Of a stretch of 64,000 bases of DNA, positions 13,201-23,039 are shown one piece after another (position 1 is the first letter of the stretch; every line of letters starts with the position of its first letter). Below the pieces are notes generated by a model. That model ran no database searches. It was not told where the DNA came from and was given only the letters and a program-made list of their open reading frames with translations. Position numbers and translations under genes: made by a program. This stretch comes from Eledone cirrhosa (taxonomy: Eukaryota): the NCBI GenBank assembly GCA_964016885.1, contig OZ024740.1:419182001-419246000 (forward strand), in the 5' to 3' direction.

Positions 13201-13872
13201 ACTCAAGATCATAAGTTGATGTTAGGAAGAGCATCCAGCCGTTTTGTATGAGCAAGACATGGCTATCTAATCGAACTTGTCTCACAACAGACATTAAACA
13301 GTGATGATGATGACTTCACAAATGCTGTACTTATCTAAAAATGTCTACCTCTCCATGTACTTAAAACAATCTAAATATTAACTTCACTTAATACTAACTT
13401 TTCTAACTACAAAAAGGAAATTGAACGAAGAATTATATAAATAACATTACAAATTGTTTATAATTCTTACAGAATAAAAAAATATACACACAAATAATAT
13501 ATACAATACTTAATTACATAAATATTTCACATTAAAATAAATATTCAGAACAAATTAAAATATATTATAATCAGGATGTTTCACATAAAAATATAATTCA
13601 TGGAACCTTGTAAATGTAATACAGAAAAAAAATAATGAAATTGTTCTTTTATGTTTACATTATCATTGTCTTTTTGTTTTTTCTTCTTGTAGGGTTTTTT
13701 GTATTTGTGGGACATTGTTCATGGTCAGCTAAAAAAACAAATTAAAGTCAGCCATACTGATCAAGCAGCTTTCATTCGTTTTGTACAAGTTATTGATCAC
13801 ACTGCTGTGTGTGATTACGGCAATGAACTTCGTGTTATAAACTTTCCTACAATCCTCGAAAAAAATGACTGA
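2590..13872 (+). CDS. SCAP: SCAP (SREBP cleavage-activating protein), 3' part: 9 coding exons encoding the C-terminal WD40 region; 5' exons lie upstream of the window
   Basis: Exons 2590-3029, 5887-5996, 7123-7208, 9084-9190, 9916-10097, 11048-11128, 12002-12214, 13060-13125, 13693-13872 join in frame with GT-AG introns. Peptides SSIWCL..LIVAGCGNGRIELW, LVAARLDGSMDF, AHQKPITAL..AGRIVSASDDRTLKVF.LED, TLYGHHGSIT, DGTVRLWDLLTG and VCDYGNELRVINFPTILEKND* match the recalled vertebrate SCAP C-terminus (AARLNGSLDF, AHQKPITAL, VCNFGSEL..PSVLEKLD). Confidence 0.95.
4752..4972 (-). mobile_element. R4/Dong-like (RLE) LINE 3' fragment inserted in (TAA)n
   Basis: Minus strand reads ...KLEKLEMTIKMGLLQKTASLEIARILREVLES*, resembling the R4/Dong C-terminus (LQK..LL.TARILR.VL). 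Flanked by (ATT)n on both sides. A second copy lies at about 45324-45425. Confidence 0.65.
5887..5996 (+). CDS. SCAP: SCAP exon (ETVATIERDINYEMSSIWCLCFKDGLIVAGCGNGRIE)
   Basis: tttcag| acceptor, |gtacgt donor, WD40 strand pattern. Confidence 0.92.
6147..6357 (+). repeat. 20-bp tandem repeat (TGACAGAATTGGTAGAGCRR) x about 10 at the head of an old SINE
   Basis: Directly visible; continues into a degenerate SINE body (aagttcaaatc...gttgataaaataaaatactag). Confidence 0.95.
6810..7040 (+). mobile_element. Penelope-like pseudo-LTR remnant with inverted tail and minimal hammerhead-like motif
   Basis: 64-bp inverted arms (6846-6909 / 6972-7035, 58/64 identical) enclosing TTGAAAA-G-AGGG-tattag-CCCT-GAAA-TATC. 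Second copy in opposite orientation at about 7680-7840. Confidence 0.6.
6921..6970 (+). ncRNA. Minimal type I hammerhead ribozyme-like motif (U3-A8 core variant)
   Basis: Stem I ttaacat/atgttga; core UUGAAAA; stem II AGGG/CCCU, covarying to AGAG/CUCU in the copy at 7779-7827 (-); GAAA; palindromic AUAU followed by C as the cleavage site. Confidence 0.5.
7123..7208 (+). CDS. SCAP: SCAP exon (LWNASNGGLKCIYDKHKISVTALCLERN)
   Basis: aacag| acceptor, |gtaagt donor, in frame with neighbours. Confidence 0.92.
7285..7483. mobile_element. Tc1/mariner-type MITE
   Basis: TA|CGAGGGTGGGCTGAAAAGTT..TAGGCTGA ... TCAGCCTATGAACTTTTCAGCCCACTCTTG|TA; about 30-bp TIRs and TA duplication. Confidence 0.85.
7856..8083. 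mobile_element. TTAA-flanked (piggyBac-type) MITE
   Basis: TTAA|CCCTTTAGCATT ... AATGCTAAAAGG|TTAA. Same family at 14788-15003, 38739-38948, 62552-62768. Confidence 0.85.
8490..8830 (-). mobile_element. Degenerate RTE-clade LINE fragment (second family)
   Basis: LERSEATMFCWMCNV...EMREKLGL...RRLLCYGHVM. Confidence 0.75.
9084..9190 (+). CDS. SCAP: SCAP exon (LVAARLDGSMDFLELETFQ...)
   Basis: ttcag| acceptor, |gtagtt donor, conserved AARLxGS motif. Confidence 0.92.
9916..10097 (+). CDS. SCAP: SCAP exon (...AHQKPITALQSEAGRIVSASDDRTLK)
   Basis: tgtag| acceptor, aag|gtaaat donor, AHQKPITAL matches recalled human SCAP. Confidence 0.93.
10362..10825 (+). mobile_element. RTE-clade LINE 3' fragment
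   Basis: MWFLQRVLGVTLLDRV..EIR..L.VE.LL..IERSQL.YYGHVIRM...RRPKGR...W.DNI; (GAA)n tail. Related fragments at about 26210-26530 (-), 27313-27400, 40912-41072 plus 41590-41650, 53046-53330 (-). Confidence 0.85.
11048..11128 (+). CDS. SCAP: SCAP exon (VFCLEDCICMYTLYGHHGSITALFLDK)
   Basis: tgtag| acceptor, |gtaagt donor, WD40 GH dipeptide. Confidence 0.93.
11210..11475. mobile_element. tRNA-derived fold-back (palindromic) SINE-like element
   Basis: Inverted arms around ggggttcaattcctc; other copies at 14225-14515, 53654-53905 and a single-arm copy at 62770-62910. Confidence 0.75.
12002..12214 (+). CDS. SCAP: SCAP exon (GPPFSAASASTDGTVRLWDLLTG...LCVWDRIRGQLLYNLQL)
   Basis: cttcag| acceptor, |gtatgt donor, two WD dipeptides, 71 codons. 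Confidence 0.93.
13060..13125 (+). CDS. SCAP: SCAP exon (EPGLYSQQMALLTDTLLLLGGQ)
   Basis: ttgcag| acceptor, cag|gtaagt donor. Confidence 0.9.
13693..13872 (+). CDS. SCAP: SCAP terminal coding exon (GFLYLWDIVHG...FPTILEKND*)
   Basis: tgtag| acceptor, TGA at 13870-13872. Confidence 0.93.
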   Translation, partial: GFLYLWDIVHGQLKKQIKVSHTDQAAFIRFVQVIDHTAVCDYGNELRVINFPTILEKND

Positions 13873-14017
13873 TCAGTGTCTAACTTAATTTCTAAAACTG
13901 AGTGACATTTTTTCTGGCAACAAACTACAGAAATTTGTCTGTTATCATTTTGTATATGAAAACATTTGTTGGCTCATTCATTTTTTTACAGGACATTCAA
14001 ATGCTTTATGAAGTGAA

Positions 14018-14028
14018 AATAAAATAAA
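14018..14028 (+). terminator. Candidate SCAP polyadenylation signals (overlapping AATAAA; another at about 14113)
   Basis: AATAAAATAAA about 150 nt after the stop codon, followed by T-rich sequence. The background is AT-rich, so this is weak. Confidence 0.4.
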
Positions 14029-14224
14029 ATTTTTTGAAGATAAAAAAAAAAATCATTTTCTATTTTTTTGTCAGATATTCTTCACTATAGTGATTATTTA
14101 AACAAAAAAAAAAATAAAACCGTTTCAAAATTTTTAAATTTCTTGTAATTTATTTTAATGTTTTTTATTCTGTCTGTCAATATTTTGTTGATTTAAAAAA
14201 CTATCTTTACTTACAAATTACGTA

Positions 14225-14515
14225 GCTGATCTCTCAGACTTTGAAGTGCTGAGAATATAGTGTTAGTATAAAGGATAATGTGCTCAAGGGAAGAAATGCA
14301 ATAAAATAGGGTGAAGACCCTTAAAAGAAGGAAAAAGAAGTTGCCATCAGCTGCTATAAGGAATTGAACCCCATACGTCCCTGATACGAGCTCGGAGTTC
14401 AATTCCTCATAGTGGCTGATGACAACTTCTTTTTCTATCATTTAAGGGTCTTCACTCTATTGTATAAGCTATTTTATTGCATCTCTACAGATGAGCACAT
14501 CATCCTTTACATATT
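14225..14515. mobile_element. tRNA-derived fold-back SINE-like element downstream of SCAP
   Basis: Arms at about 14265-14372 and 14393-14512 are reverse complements, with indels. Confidence 0.75.
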
Positions 14516-15003
14516 TTTACTTAATTGAAACAAGTCATTATTGATATAGTTTCAAAGTATAGAGTGGAAACAATAGCACCAAAGAATATTGTTTTTGATT
14601 CAACTGCTTTAACATAATTATAAGAGTATGTAGTTTCCAAGTACTACATTTTCAAAGAACCAAAATACTAAAATCAAAATATCTTTTAATCAATATAATA
14701 AAATGGATTTCTAAGGATATATTCTTTTGGAAAGAATTAAAGGTTAAAAGGAGACCATAGAAATCCAAAATTTTCTTATAAATCAGTTTAACCCTTTCGT
14801 ATTTACATTACTTTATAGATACTATTGTATTTTCACATTAAAGGCTTTATCTTACATAATATCAAAGCTACAAGATTTTGATGTTATTTATTTTGAGAAC
14901 AATACCTTAACATTGGTATGAGTGGCCGATTACAGCTGGTTTTAACAGAAAGAGATGAGAGAATTCTGGCTGGATACAGTCAGTTTAAATGCTAAACGGT
15001 TAA

Positions 15004-18000
15004 TTAATAATAATAATAATGAAATTATTGTGTACAGTGCTCAGGTGCACTACAACTCATCAAAGGTGCATGTATAGTACATAGAATAATGTACAAATGT
15101 CAGGAAAATGAACAGTGTATGAGTCATGATATAATAATAATAACAATAATGAAATATTGTGTACAGTGCCCAGGTGCACCACAACTCATCAAAAAAGTGC
15201 ATGTACAGTACATAGGGCAATGCACAAACATCAGTAAAATGAACAGTGCACGAGTCATGATACACACATGTGTGCATGTGTATGGAAGGGGTACATCAGG
15301 TGTAGTTTTGGCGTATTTCGGGAAGCATGAGTGTCTTAAAGGATGCAGTGTCTCGGCAGCTAACAATTGACGCAGGCAGTTTGTTCCATGCTTCAGCAAC
15401 TCTGAGCGTGAAAAAATGTCTACGAAAGTCATGGGAGATGTGCTGTTTTCTGATCTTGTAGGCATGTCCACGTGTGTTAGACACATGGAGATCAAAGAGG
15501 CGCTCAGGGTTGCAATTGGCGAGATGGTTAAAAACTTTGTGGGTATTCACCAAGTGCATTGCCAGACGTCGGAGCTTCAATGAATCCATGCCCAGGGAAG
15601 CAAGGCGTTCAGAGTATGGTAGGTGTCTGATGGAGGGTATGCGCTTGGTTGCACGTCTCTGAACAGTTTCCAGGAGGTCAATGTTCTGAGCAAGATAGGG
15701 GTTCCAGACTGATGATGCGAATTCCAAGTGTGGTCGTACCATAACTGTATACAGTTTTAAATAGCTGGCTGGAGAGCGGCTAACAAAGGTCTTGCTGAGT
15801 GATGCCAAGACACCCTCGGCCTTCTTGACAATCTTAGAGACATGCTTTGTCCAACGCAAATCGTTGCTGACAGTAATGCCCAGGTCACGTTCACAAGAGG
15901 ACTTTTTGATATCAGTGTTGTGGAGGGAGTATGTGGACGCTGGATTTTTCCTTCCAAAATGCATGGTGGTACACTTGTCCACAGCCAGCTTCAGTTGCCA
16001 GTCTGTGATCCATTGCTGCATTGTGTCCAGGTCTGATTGTAGGAAAGAGTTGTAAATTTCAGGATCAGTCCTTTTGATTTCAAGGTACAGCTTGATGTCA
16101 TCTGCATATTTTAGTACCGTGGCATTCTGTAAGTTGGCATCTATGTCATTAATATATGCCACAAACAAAAGGGGACCAAGAACAGATCCCTGTGGTACAC
16201 CAGATAACATCTCATATGGTGAAGAATGCTGTCCTAGAACCGTGACTACTTCTTTTCGGCTGAGAATGAAGGATTTCAACCAGTCGAAAAGATCATCCCT
16301 CACACCCATTGCAGAGAGTTTTGCCATAAGTCTTTTGTGTGGCACAGAATTAAAAGCCTTAGCAAAGTCAAGGTAAACAACATCCACCCATGAGCCGCTG
16401 TCAGTGATCCGGGTGATGTCCTCAAGGAACTCGATAAGCTGATCACAGCAGCTGGAGTTTGGGATAAATCCAAACTGTGAGGGCCGGATGAGGCTGTGAG
16501 AGCTCCAGAAGTTCCAAAGTGTTTCTCTGACACAGGATTCCATCGGTTTGGTCATACAGCTAGTAAGACTGACTGGACGATAGTTGACAGGTGACATGCG
16601 GTTGCCCTTTTTGAACAGGGGAATGACACTGGCAGTTTTCCACTGCTCCGGAGTAGCACCATTGTTGAGACAATATTGAAAGAAGAAAGAAAGCTGGCGC
16701 AAAAGGAAATACCTGCCACGTTTGAGAAGCAGGTATGTCACACCATCAAGACCAGGGGAGGCATAGTTGCGCTTATTCTTAAGGTGACGTCGCAATATTG
16801 CAGGTGTAAATTCCATAGTTGTTATGGAATTTGATGTTAGAGATGGTGGAGATGGTACATTCTGGTTTTCAACAGTAAAAATACTTGCATAGCACTCAGC
16901 AATGAGTTCTGCGCATTCCTTGGGATCGTCAGTGATCTGGCTTGTGTGGGGATTGCGAAGAGGACCAACTGGAGAGTGAGGTCTCTGCTTTGAATGAACA
17001 TATTTCCAGAACACCTTACTGTCAGGATTGGTTGCGATGCACTGTTCAAATTCAAGCACTGCCTTCTTTGTCACTTGCTTGAGATGGTTAGAAGATTTAT
17101 TCCGCTTTTTTCTGTTGGCATCTGATTTATGCAGTTTATATTCCCATTCAGCGTTCCAACGTTCTTTCCTGGCAAGTCGGACCGCTTCCGTGGCACTGAT
17201 GCTGCACACACTATCCATATTGAGTCCAGGATGCTCTGGAGTATAGAGTTCACATCTCCAGAGTTATACATCTCATGCCAGTTTGGGCGCTGTAGCTCAG
17301 TGCAGTACAAGTTCCAATCCGCCCTCTTCCAATCAAAGCAAGCAGATTGGAAATGGCTCTGGTTTTTGTTGCTGCCCTCAAGTGCCAGATTGGCAATGAT
17401 CATAGCATGATCAGAGTCGCCTAGAGGTTCCTCAGTAGTACAACTGATAACCACTTCAGGAGTAGTGGTGAAGATCAGGTCCAAAGTGTTGTCACCTCTT
17501 GTTGGAGAGGTGACCAGTTTGAGTCCAGCACTAGTTCAAGGAAATCGTTTGCACCTTGTGGCCAACGAAAGGTTTCCCAATCGATCTCAGGATGATTGAA
17601 GTCACCTGCAATAAACACATAAGTGGCTGTTTTCTTGGCAGCAACTCTGAGGATATCGCAAAGCTGTGTGTCCTGATGGTAGTTTGGGGGGCGATAAACA
17701 ACACCAAGCAGAAGTGTTGACATGGTCATACGTATGTCACAGAAAAAAACTTCTTCCTGTGATTCGTTCAAATCAACGCAAGGAATTACCGAAAAGTTTG
17801 AATGAACGTAGACCATCACACCACCACCACGGCGGTTAATGCGGTCCTTGCGGAAAAGGTTGTACCCAGTAATGCTGAAAACCCCATCACAGAGTAAGGA
17901 ATGTGCCCATGTTTCCGTGACTGTGATGAAGTCAGGGTCGATGCTTCTGACGTAGGATTCGAACAGATGTATCTTGTTGCATAAACTGCGAGCATTTAAG

Positions 18001-18566
18001 GACAACAATTTGTACCCTGCTCGCAGTTTATGATGGTGTGTAGAGGGTGGCAGGTTGTTCTGGTTTAGTTTCCCAGAGTTGTAGCAGTTTTTACATTGCC
18101 AGTTATTGTGGGTAGATCACACTCAGACCAGCTGGTATCTCTCTTCCACGTTTCACCAGCCTTGACACACCTCCAGATCTGCCCATCATCACGCAGACTA
18201 AAACTTTCATGTTGTGCTGAGTTCTGATTCAAGGAAGCTGCAGCACGTAGCTTTGGACGTACATGGGGTGGTAGGCCTTGGCGTGTTCGGAAGGTAATCC
18301 GATTTTCACGCCTAGCTTTAACAGAGGCCAGATGATATGAGGTTGCCTCTGCGGGGTCCGAAAAAGACAGCCTGATGAGTCTGGGTTTTGGACCAGGTCG
18401 ACCAAGGCGGAGAGCACCCTTTGGGGAACACAGCCTAGGTCTTTGGCTGAGCTGGCAGCAAATGTCTGAAGATCAGCCTTGTCCTCTGGTACCCCAATGG
18501 CAATCACTTCATGGGTAGCAGATTCCGCAGTCTTTTCAGCAAGAGGTACAGGGAGTTGTCCTTGCT
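15004..18566 (-). mobile_element. CR1-clade non-LTR retrotransposon, 5'-truncated in ORF1, ORF2 frameshifted
   Basis: APE endonuclease (LNARSL, VTETW, VVYRPP, AGDFN; 17475-18008, then HAMI in 17071-17484). RT ORF 15296-17218 ([63 protein letters not shown]). (ATT)n 3' tail at about 15004-15020. Confidence 0.93.
15296..17218 (-). pseudogene. LINE ORF2 reverse transcriptase domain (640 open codons, separated from the endonuclease by two frameshifts)
   Basis: ORF track plus RT motifs. The upstream EN portion lies in two other ORFs (17071-17484, 17475-18008). Confidence 0.88.
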
Positions 18567-21500
18567 AAGATGAAATGAAATTGATGTAGTTAATGATGCT
18601 CATATTTTTTGGACAATTTTAATCTTTGCCACTAATTGGAATTAACATTTCATTATCATATTGCTAGTGAGAAACATTACCTATCATTTTCAAATAATTT
18701 AAAAACATAACCAAAGACTTAGAGACATTAAGTTGCTGTTTGGAATATAACTTAATGAAGGCGCTTACATAAATTTACTATGGAAGGTTTTAAAATAAAT
18801 AATAAATACTTTAAAATAAACAATTTATCCTGAAATCTACCGTCCATTTTGTATTGTCATAGCCTTCAAATAACATAGTACTTTATACACTATCACAATA
18901 CTATTAACACCCACTTAAACAGTTCTGTATCCTAGAACCAAGGATGGTTGGGTATCAAAGGATTAAGGACTTTTTTTAAAACTCAACTAGTTGTAGGACA
19001 GTTATTTCTATCTATATAAAAAAAAACAGCAATTTACAAATCTATCAATGATGCAAGCATATATTTTTGTTTTTAGGGATAGAGAAAGTAAATGTCAATG
19101 TACTCTCTAAGACAAGGTAAAGTAGGCCTCGTTAGGTCACGAATAACTATGGTTTTGCATCTGGAAAGTTCCCCTCCAAGGTACAAGTCTGGGCAAAGTG
19201 TGTTTGTGGAAGACCAGCAGTCACCTATGCATACCAGTCTTCCCTCTCTATGCCACCAATGTTGTCCAAGGGAAAGGCAATAGCTGATACAACTTGGCAC
19301 CCGTGATGTCACAACTTATTTCTACAGCTGAGTAAACTGAAGTAACGTGAAAATAAAGTGTCTTGCTCAAGGAGACAACACATCATCTGCTCTGAGAATC
19401 GAACTCACAACTTCCTGATTGTAAATCCCACACCCTAACCACTAAGCCATCAACTCAAATATTCTATTGCTTGTACTCTTTACTTAATCACTAATTATAT
19501 CAACTCATTATTTGATATCTACTGCTAAGGGCGGTGGATTGGCAGTATCGGTAGAGGGTCGGACGCCATGCTTTCCAGCATAGTTACGTCCCTTTACGAT
19601 CTGAGTTCAAATCCCGCCGAGGTTGACTTTGCCTTTCATCCTTACGGGGTCGATAAAATAAAGTACCAGTAATGCACTGGGTAATTGCTGGCCTTGTGCC
19701 TAAAGTAGAAACAATTATTTGATATCTACTCATAAAGAAAGACATTAGACATTGCTCTGAACAAAAACAGTTTATACATCTCAAAGTACTACATCAATAT
19801 TGAATTTATCTTTCATGAAGCTACGTGGCTTAGTGGCTAGAGAATTGGATTTGCAACCTTGAGGTTGCGAGTTCAATTCCTGGACTGAGCTTTGTTTCAT
19901 GTCTGCTAGGAGTTGCGACTGGTAGAGAGTATCAGCAGTGGAAAGACCAATGTTTCCTTGGTCTAATTTGATGAGTTCCACCCCACTTTATAAGTGAATG
20001 AAGTCTGGGATCTTGTCAATTGATTCCTTTTTCCAGTTCAGCCATTAGAAGTGTTGTCAGATATTTTTCTTACCAACATATTAGAAGTTTAGAAGAATCT
20101 TCTACACAACAGCTCACACATTAACAAAGGAAACATTATATAGTCATCTGACCTGCTAAAATAGCAGCTAAAATTTTACTCAAGTAACATCCTACTGTCT
20201 TAGAAAAAAGTAAGAACACATTGTATAATGTAGTTCTTCACAAAAAAAACTAGATGCTCATGGTTTGAACATCCCTGAGCATGGGCCTGCTCTGTCAGAG
20301 TTAAAACAAGTTTTGCATTATTAATGAAAGAAAGGCTTACCAATCTCTCATATCATAACTCTTTTGATACCAATTCTCTTCAAATTGCTTCTAGTTCCAT
20401 GAAACAACTACTCCTTTTAAAGGATTCCTATTAAACTTTCTAAAATAACTTGATATAAAACCTTTTGTTAAATTATGTTACAGATATTATTGTAATAATG
20501 AAATGATTAATGATTTTAGTAAATCCCTTCAAATTCTTCATTTATTCAAATACACTGTTGGGTCTGCTCCAGTCTTTTCTCATCTTTATTGCTGAGGGTA
20601 AGGGACTGGATAATTGCACAAATGCTAATCTATATGCTACTGTATGTCCGAAATTCTCATCAGTAAAAAGTGATATCAGTGGGTCCCAAATCCTCATCTG
20701 ACCATTACTGGTCAGCTACAGCTCATCCACCTTCACAAGAATGAAGCCATTAGCCACTTGGGAGGTTGTCACCAAAGTAACTAAAGAGTCTCACGTACCT
20801 CAGTGTATTTCGTGAGAAATACAGCAATGAAAGAGTTGGTGTAATGGAAACAAAGACATCTTACTTAAAACTCATATAATATAAAATGAAGGCATTTGAT
20901 CAAACTTCATTCTGAGTAACCCATTAAAAAAACACAGCATGCAAATTCAGTTAGACATCAAGTTCAACTGATCTCCAGATGAGAGGCCAAATGATAAGAA
21001 AACTGTATAGTTTCAAATCTAACTGAATATAAAGTCAAGGTTATATGATGTGTCTAGAAATGGCTGACCATAATTTGAATTTTGTGTGTAAATTTAGTGT
21101 CAAATCTTATTCATTGAGAAATGACCAAAAGAATATGATTGTAATTACAAGTGGATGAAATGGGGTTCCTCCAAAGGGTATTTGGAACAATGTTACTCAA
21201 TAGGGTACATAGCTCAAAGATCAGGGAGTCATTTCAGGTAGAGTTGCTATGTTTCTGAATCAAAATTTCACAGCTTTGATACTACAGACATGTCAGAATG
21301 TGGCAAAAAAGAGATGAATTCTCAATGAAATACCATGCTACTTTAAAAAAAATATATTAAAATATATATAAGTATTGTTTATATCTCTATCATAGCCAGA
21401 GGTATAACTAGAGAAAATAGCACCTATGGCAAGCAGTGAAATTGCACCCCTTCCCAAACAGGCATCCTTTACACCTAAGTATACATGAAGTATTTGCAAA

Positions 21501-21619
21501 AGTGTTGGTGTATTTAAAGGGAGCAATCTGTGTAATACTAATCTTTGATAAATATTAGACCTATTAAAATATTGGACATGTCATACTATGAGGTATGCCT
21601 ATGTGGTCATGTAGTTCCC

Positions 21620-21830
21620 AGCACTGTAAAGTCGTCGCGTTGGTGACATGACAAAAAGCATCCAGTCTACACTGTAAAGTGGTTGTGTTACTAACACGAC
21701 AAAAAGCAACCAGTTCATACTATAAAGTGGTCATGTTGGTGCCATGACAAAAAGCACCCAGTCCACACTGTAAAGTGTCATGTTGCTGACACAACAAAGC
21801 ACCCAGCCCATACTGTAAATGTAGTTGGTG
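21620..21830 (+). repeat. About 45-48-bp tandem repeat x4-5 inside a SINE (cactgtaaagtggtc.tgttggtg.catgacaaaaagcacccagtc)
   Basis: Directly visible; a reverse-orientation equivalent lies at about 39910-40045. Confidence 0.8.
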
Positions 21831-22519
21831 TTAGGAAGGGCATTGAGCAATAGAAACCAAGCCAGAAACAGTTCTGTATGAGCAAGACACAGTCATCTTA
21901 TCTGACTTATCTCACAACAAGACAACTCATCTAACCCATGCTAGTGTGGTAACATGGATGCTAAATGATGACATTGATGATGTTAATCTGCAATTTACCT
22001 GATAGGCTGTTATTTATTTGTATAAAAATAAATACACATATGAAAGTAGGTGGAATATATGAATTTGTACAAAATGTAGGGGAACAAATTTTCCATTTCA
22101 AATGTTCTGCTGCAAATCATAGAAAAGTACTATGCAGGCTGTGTTTGAGACCCTAACTCTATAGAGTATTGCTCATTCGTCTGGGTCTGTGTTCTAACTA
22201 TTCAAACAAACATCTTGAAATCTATATTCCCTAGTAGACTGCTATATTTCCTTATAGAACCTATCCCTCTTACGGGTTTTTTCTATTTTTTTTATTGATT
22301 TGTTTCTTTTGTAAATCATATTTATTATGAAGGGCGGTGGATTGGCAGTATTGGTAAAGCACCGGACAATATAGTTATGGCCCTTTACGTTCTGAGTTAA
22401 CTTTGCCTTTCATCCTTACGTGTTCGATAAAATAAAGTACCAGCATTGGAGTCGATTTAATCAACTTTCCCCTTGGGTCTAAATCAGAAACCATTATAAA
22501 AATTGTTTTGATGCACACA

Positions 22520-22960
22520 AGATGCCTACAAAATCAGAAAACAGCACAGCTCCCATGACTTTCGTAGAGTTGCTGAAGCATGGAACAAACTGCCTGCGTC
22601 AGTTGTTAGCTGCCGAGACACTGCATCCTTTAAGACACTCATGCTTCCCGAAATACGCCAAAACTACACCTGATGTACCCCTTCCATACACATGCACACG
22701 TGTATATCATGACTCGTGCACTGTTCATTTTCCTGATGTTTGTGCATTGCCCTATGTACTGTACATGCACTTTTTGATGAGTTGTGGTGCACCTGGGCAC
22801 TGTACACAATATTTCATTATTATTATTATTATTATATCATGACTCATACACTGTTCATTTTCCTGACATTTGTACATTATTCTATGTACTATACATGCAC
22901 CTTTGATGAGTTGTAGTGCACCTGAGCACTGTACACAATAATTTCATTATTATTATTATA
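22520..22960 (+). mobile_element. CR1 LINE 3' fragment with doubled 3'UTR
   Basis: Near-identical reverse complement of 15004-15460, with an internal deletion. Confidence 0.9.
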
Positions 22961-23039
22961 AGATATTCATAAAATGGAATAAGTTTTGTTCATAATGGAA
23001 TCAACAGAACTTTTTACCATTAATGTCTACAATTATTGG

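Noticed and set aside
15050-17410. Many overlapping short ORFs on both strands (e.g. 15089-15370, 15474-15662, 16074-16376, 17129-17410, and repeats at 22522, 42198, 43595, 51965)
   Set aside because: Alternative-frame or antisense shadows of the CR1 LINE, recurring wherever the repeat recurs.
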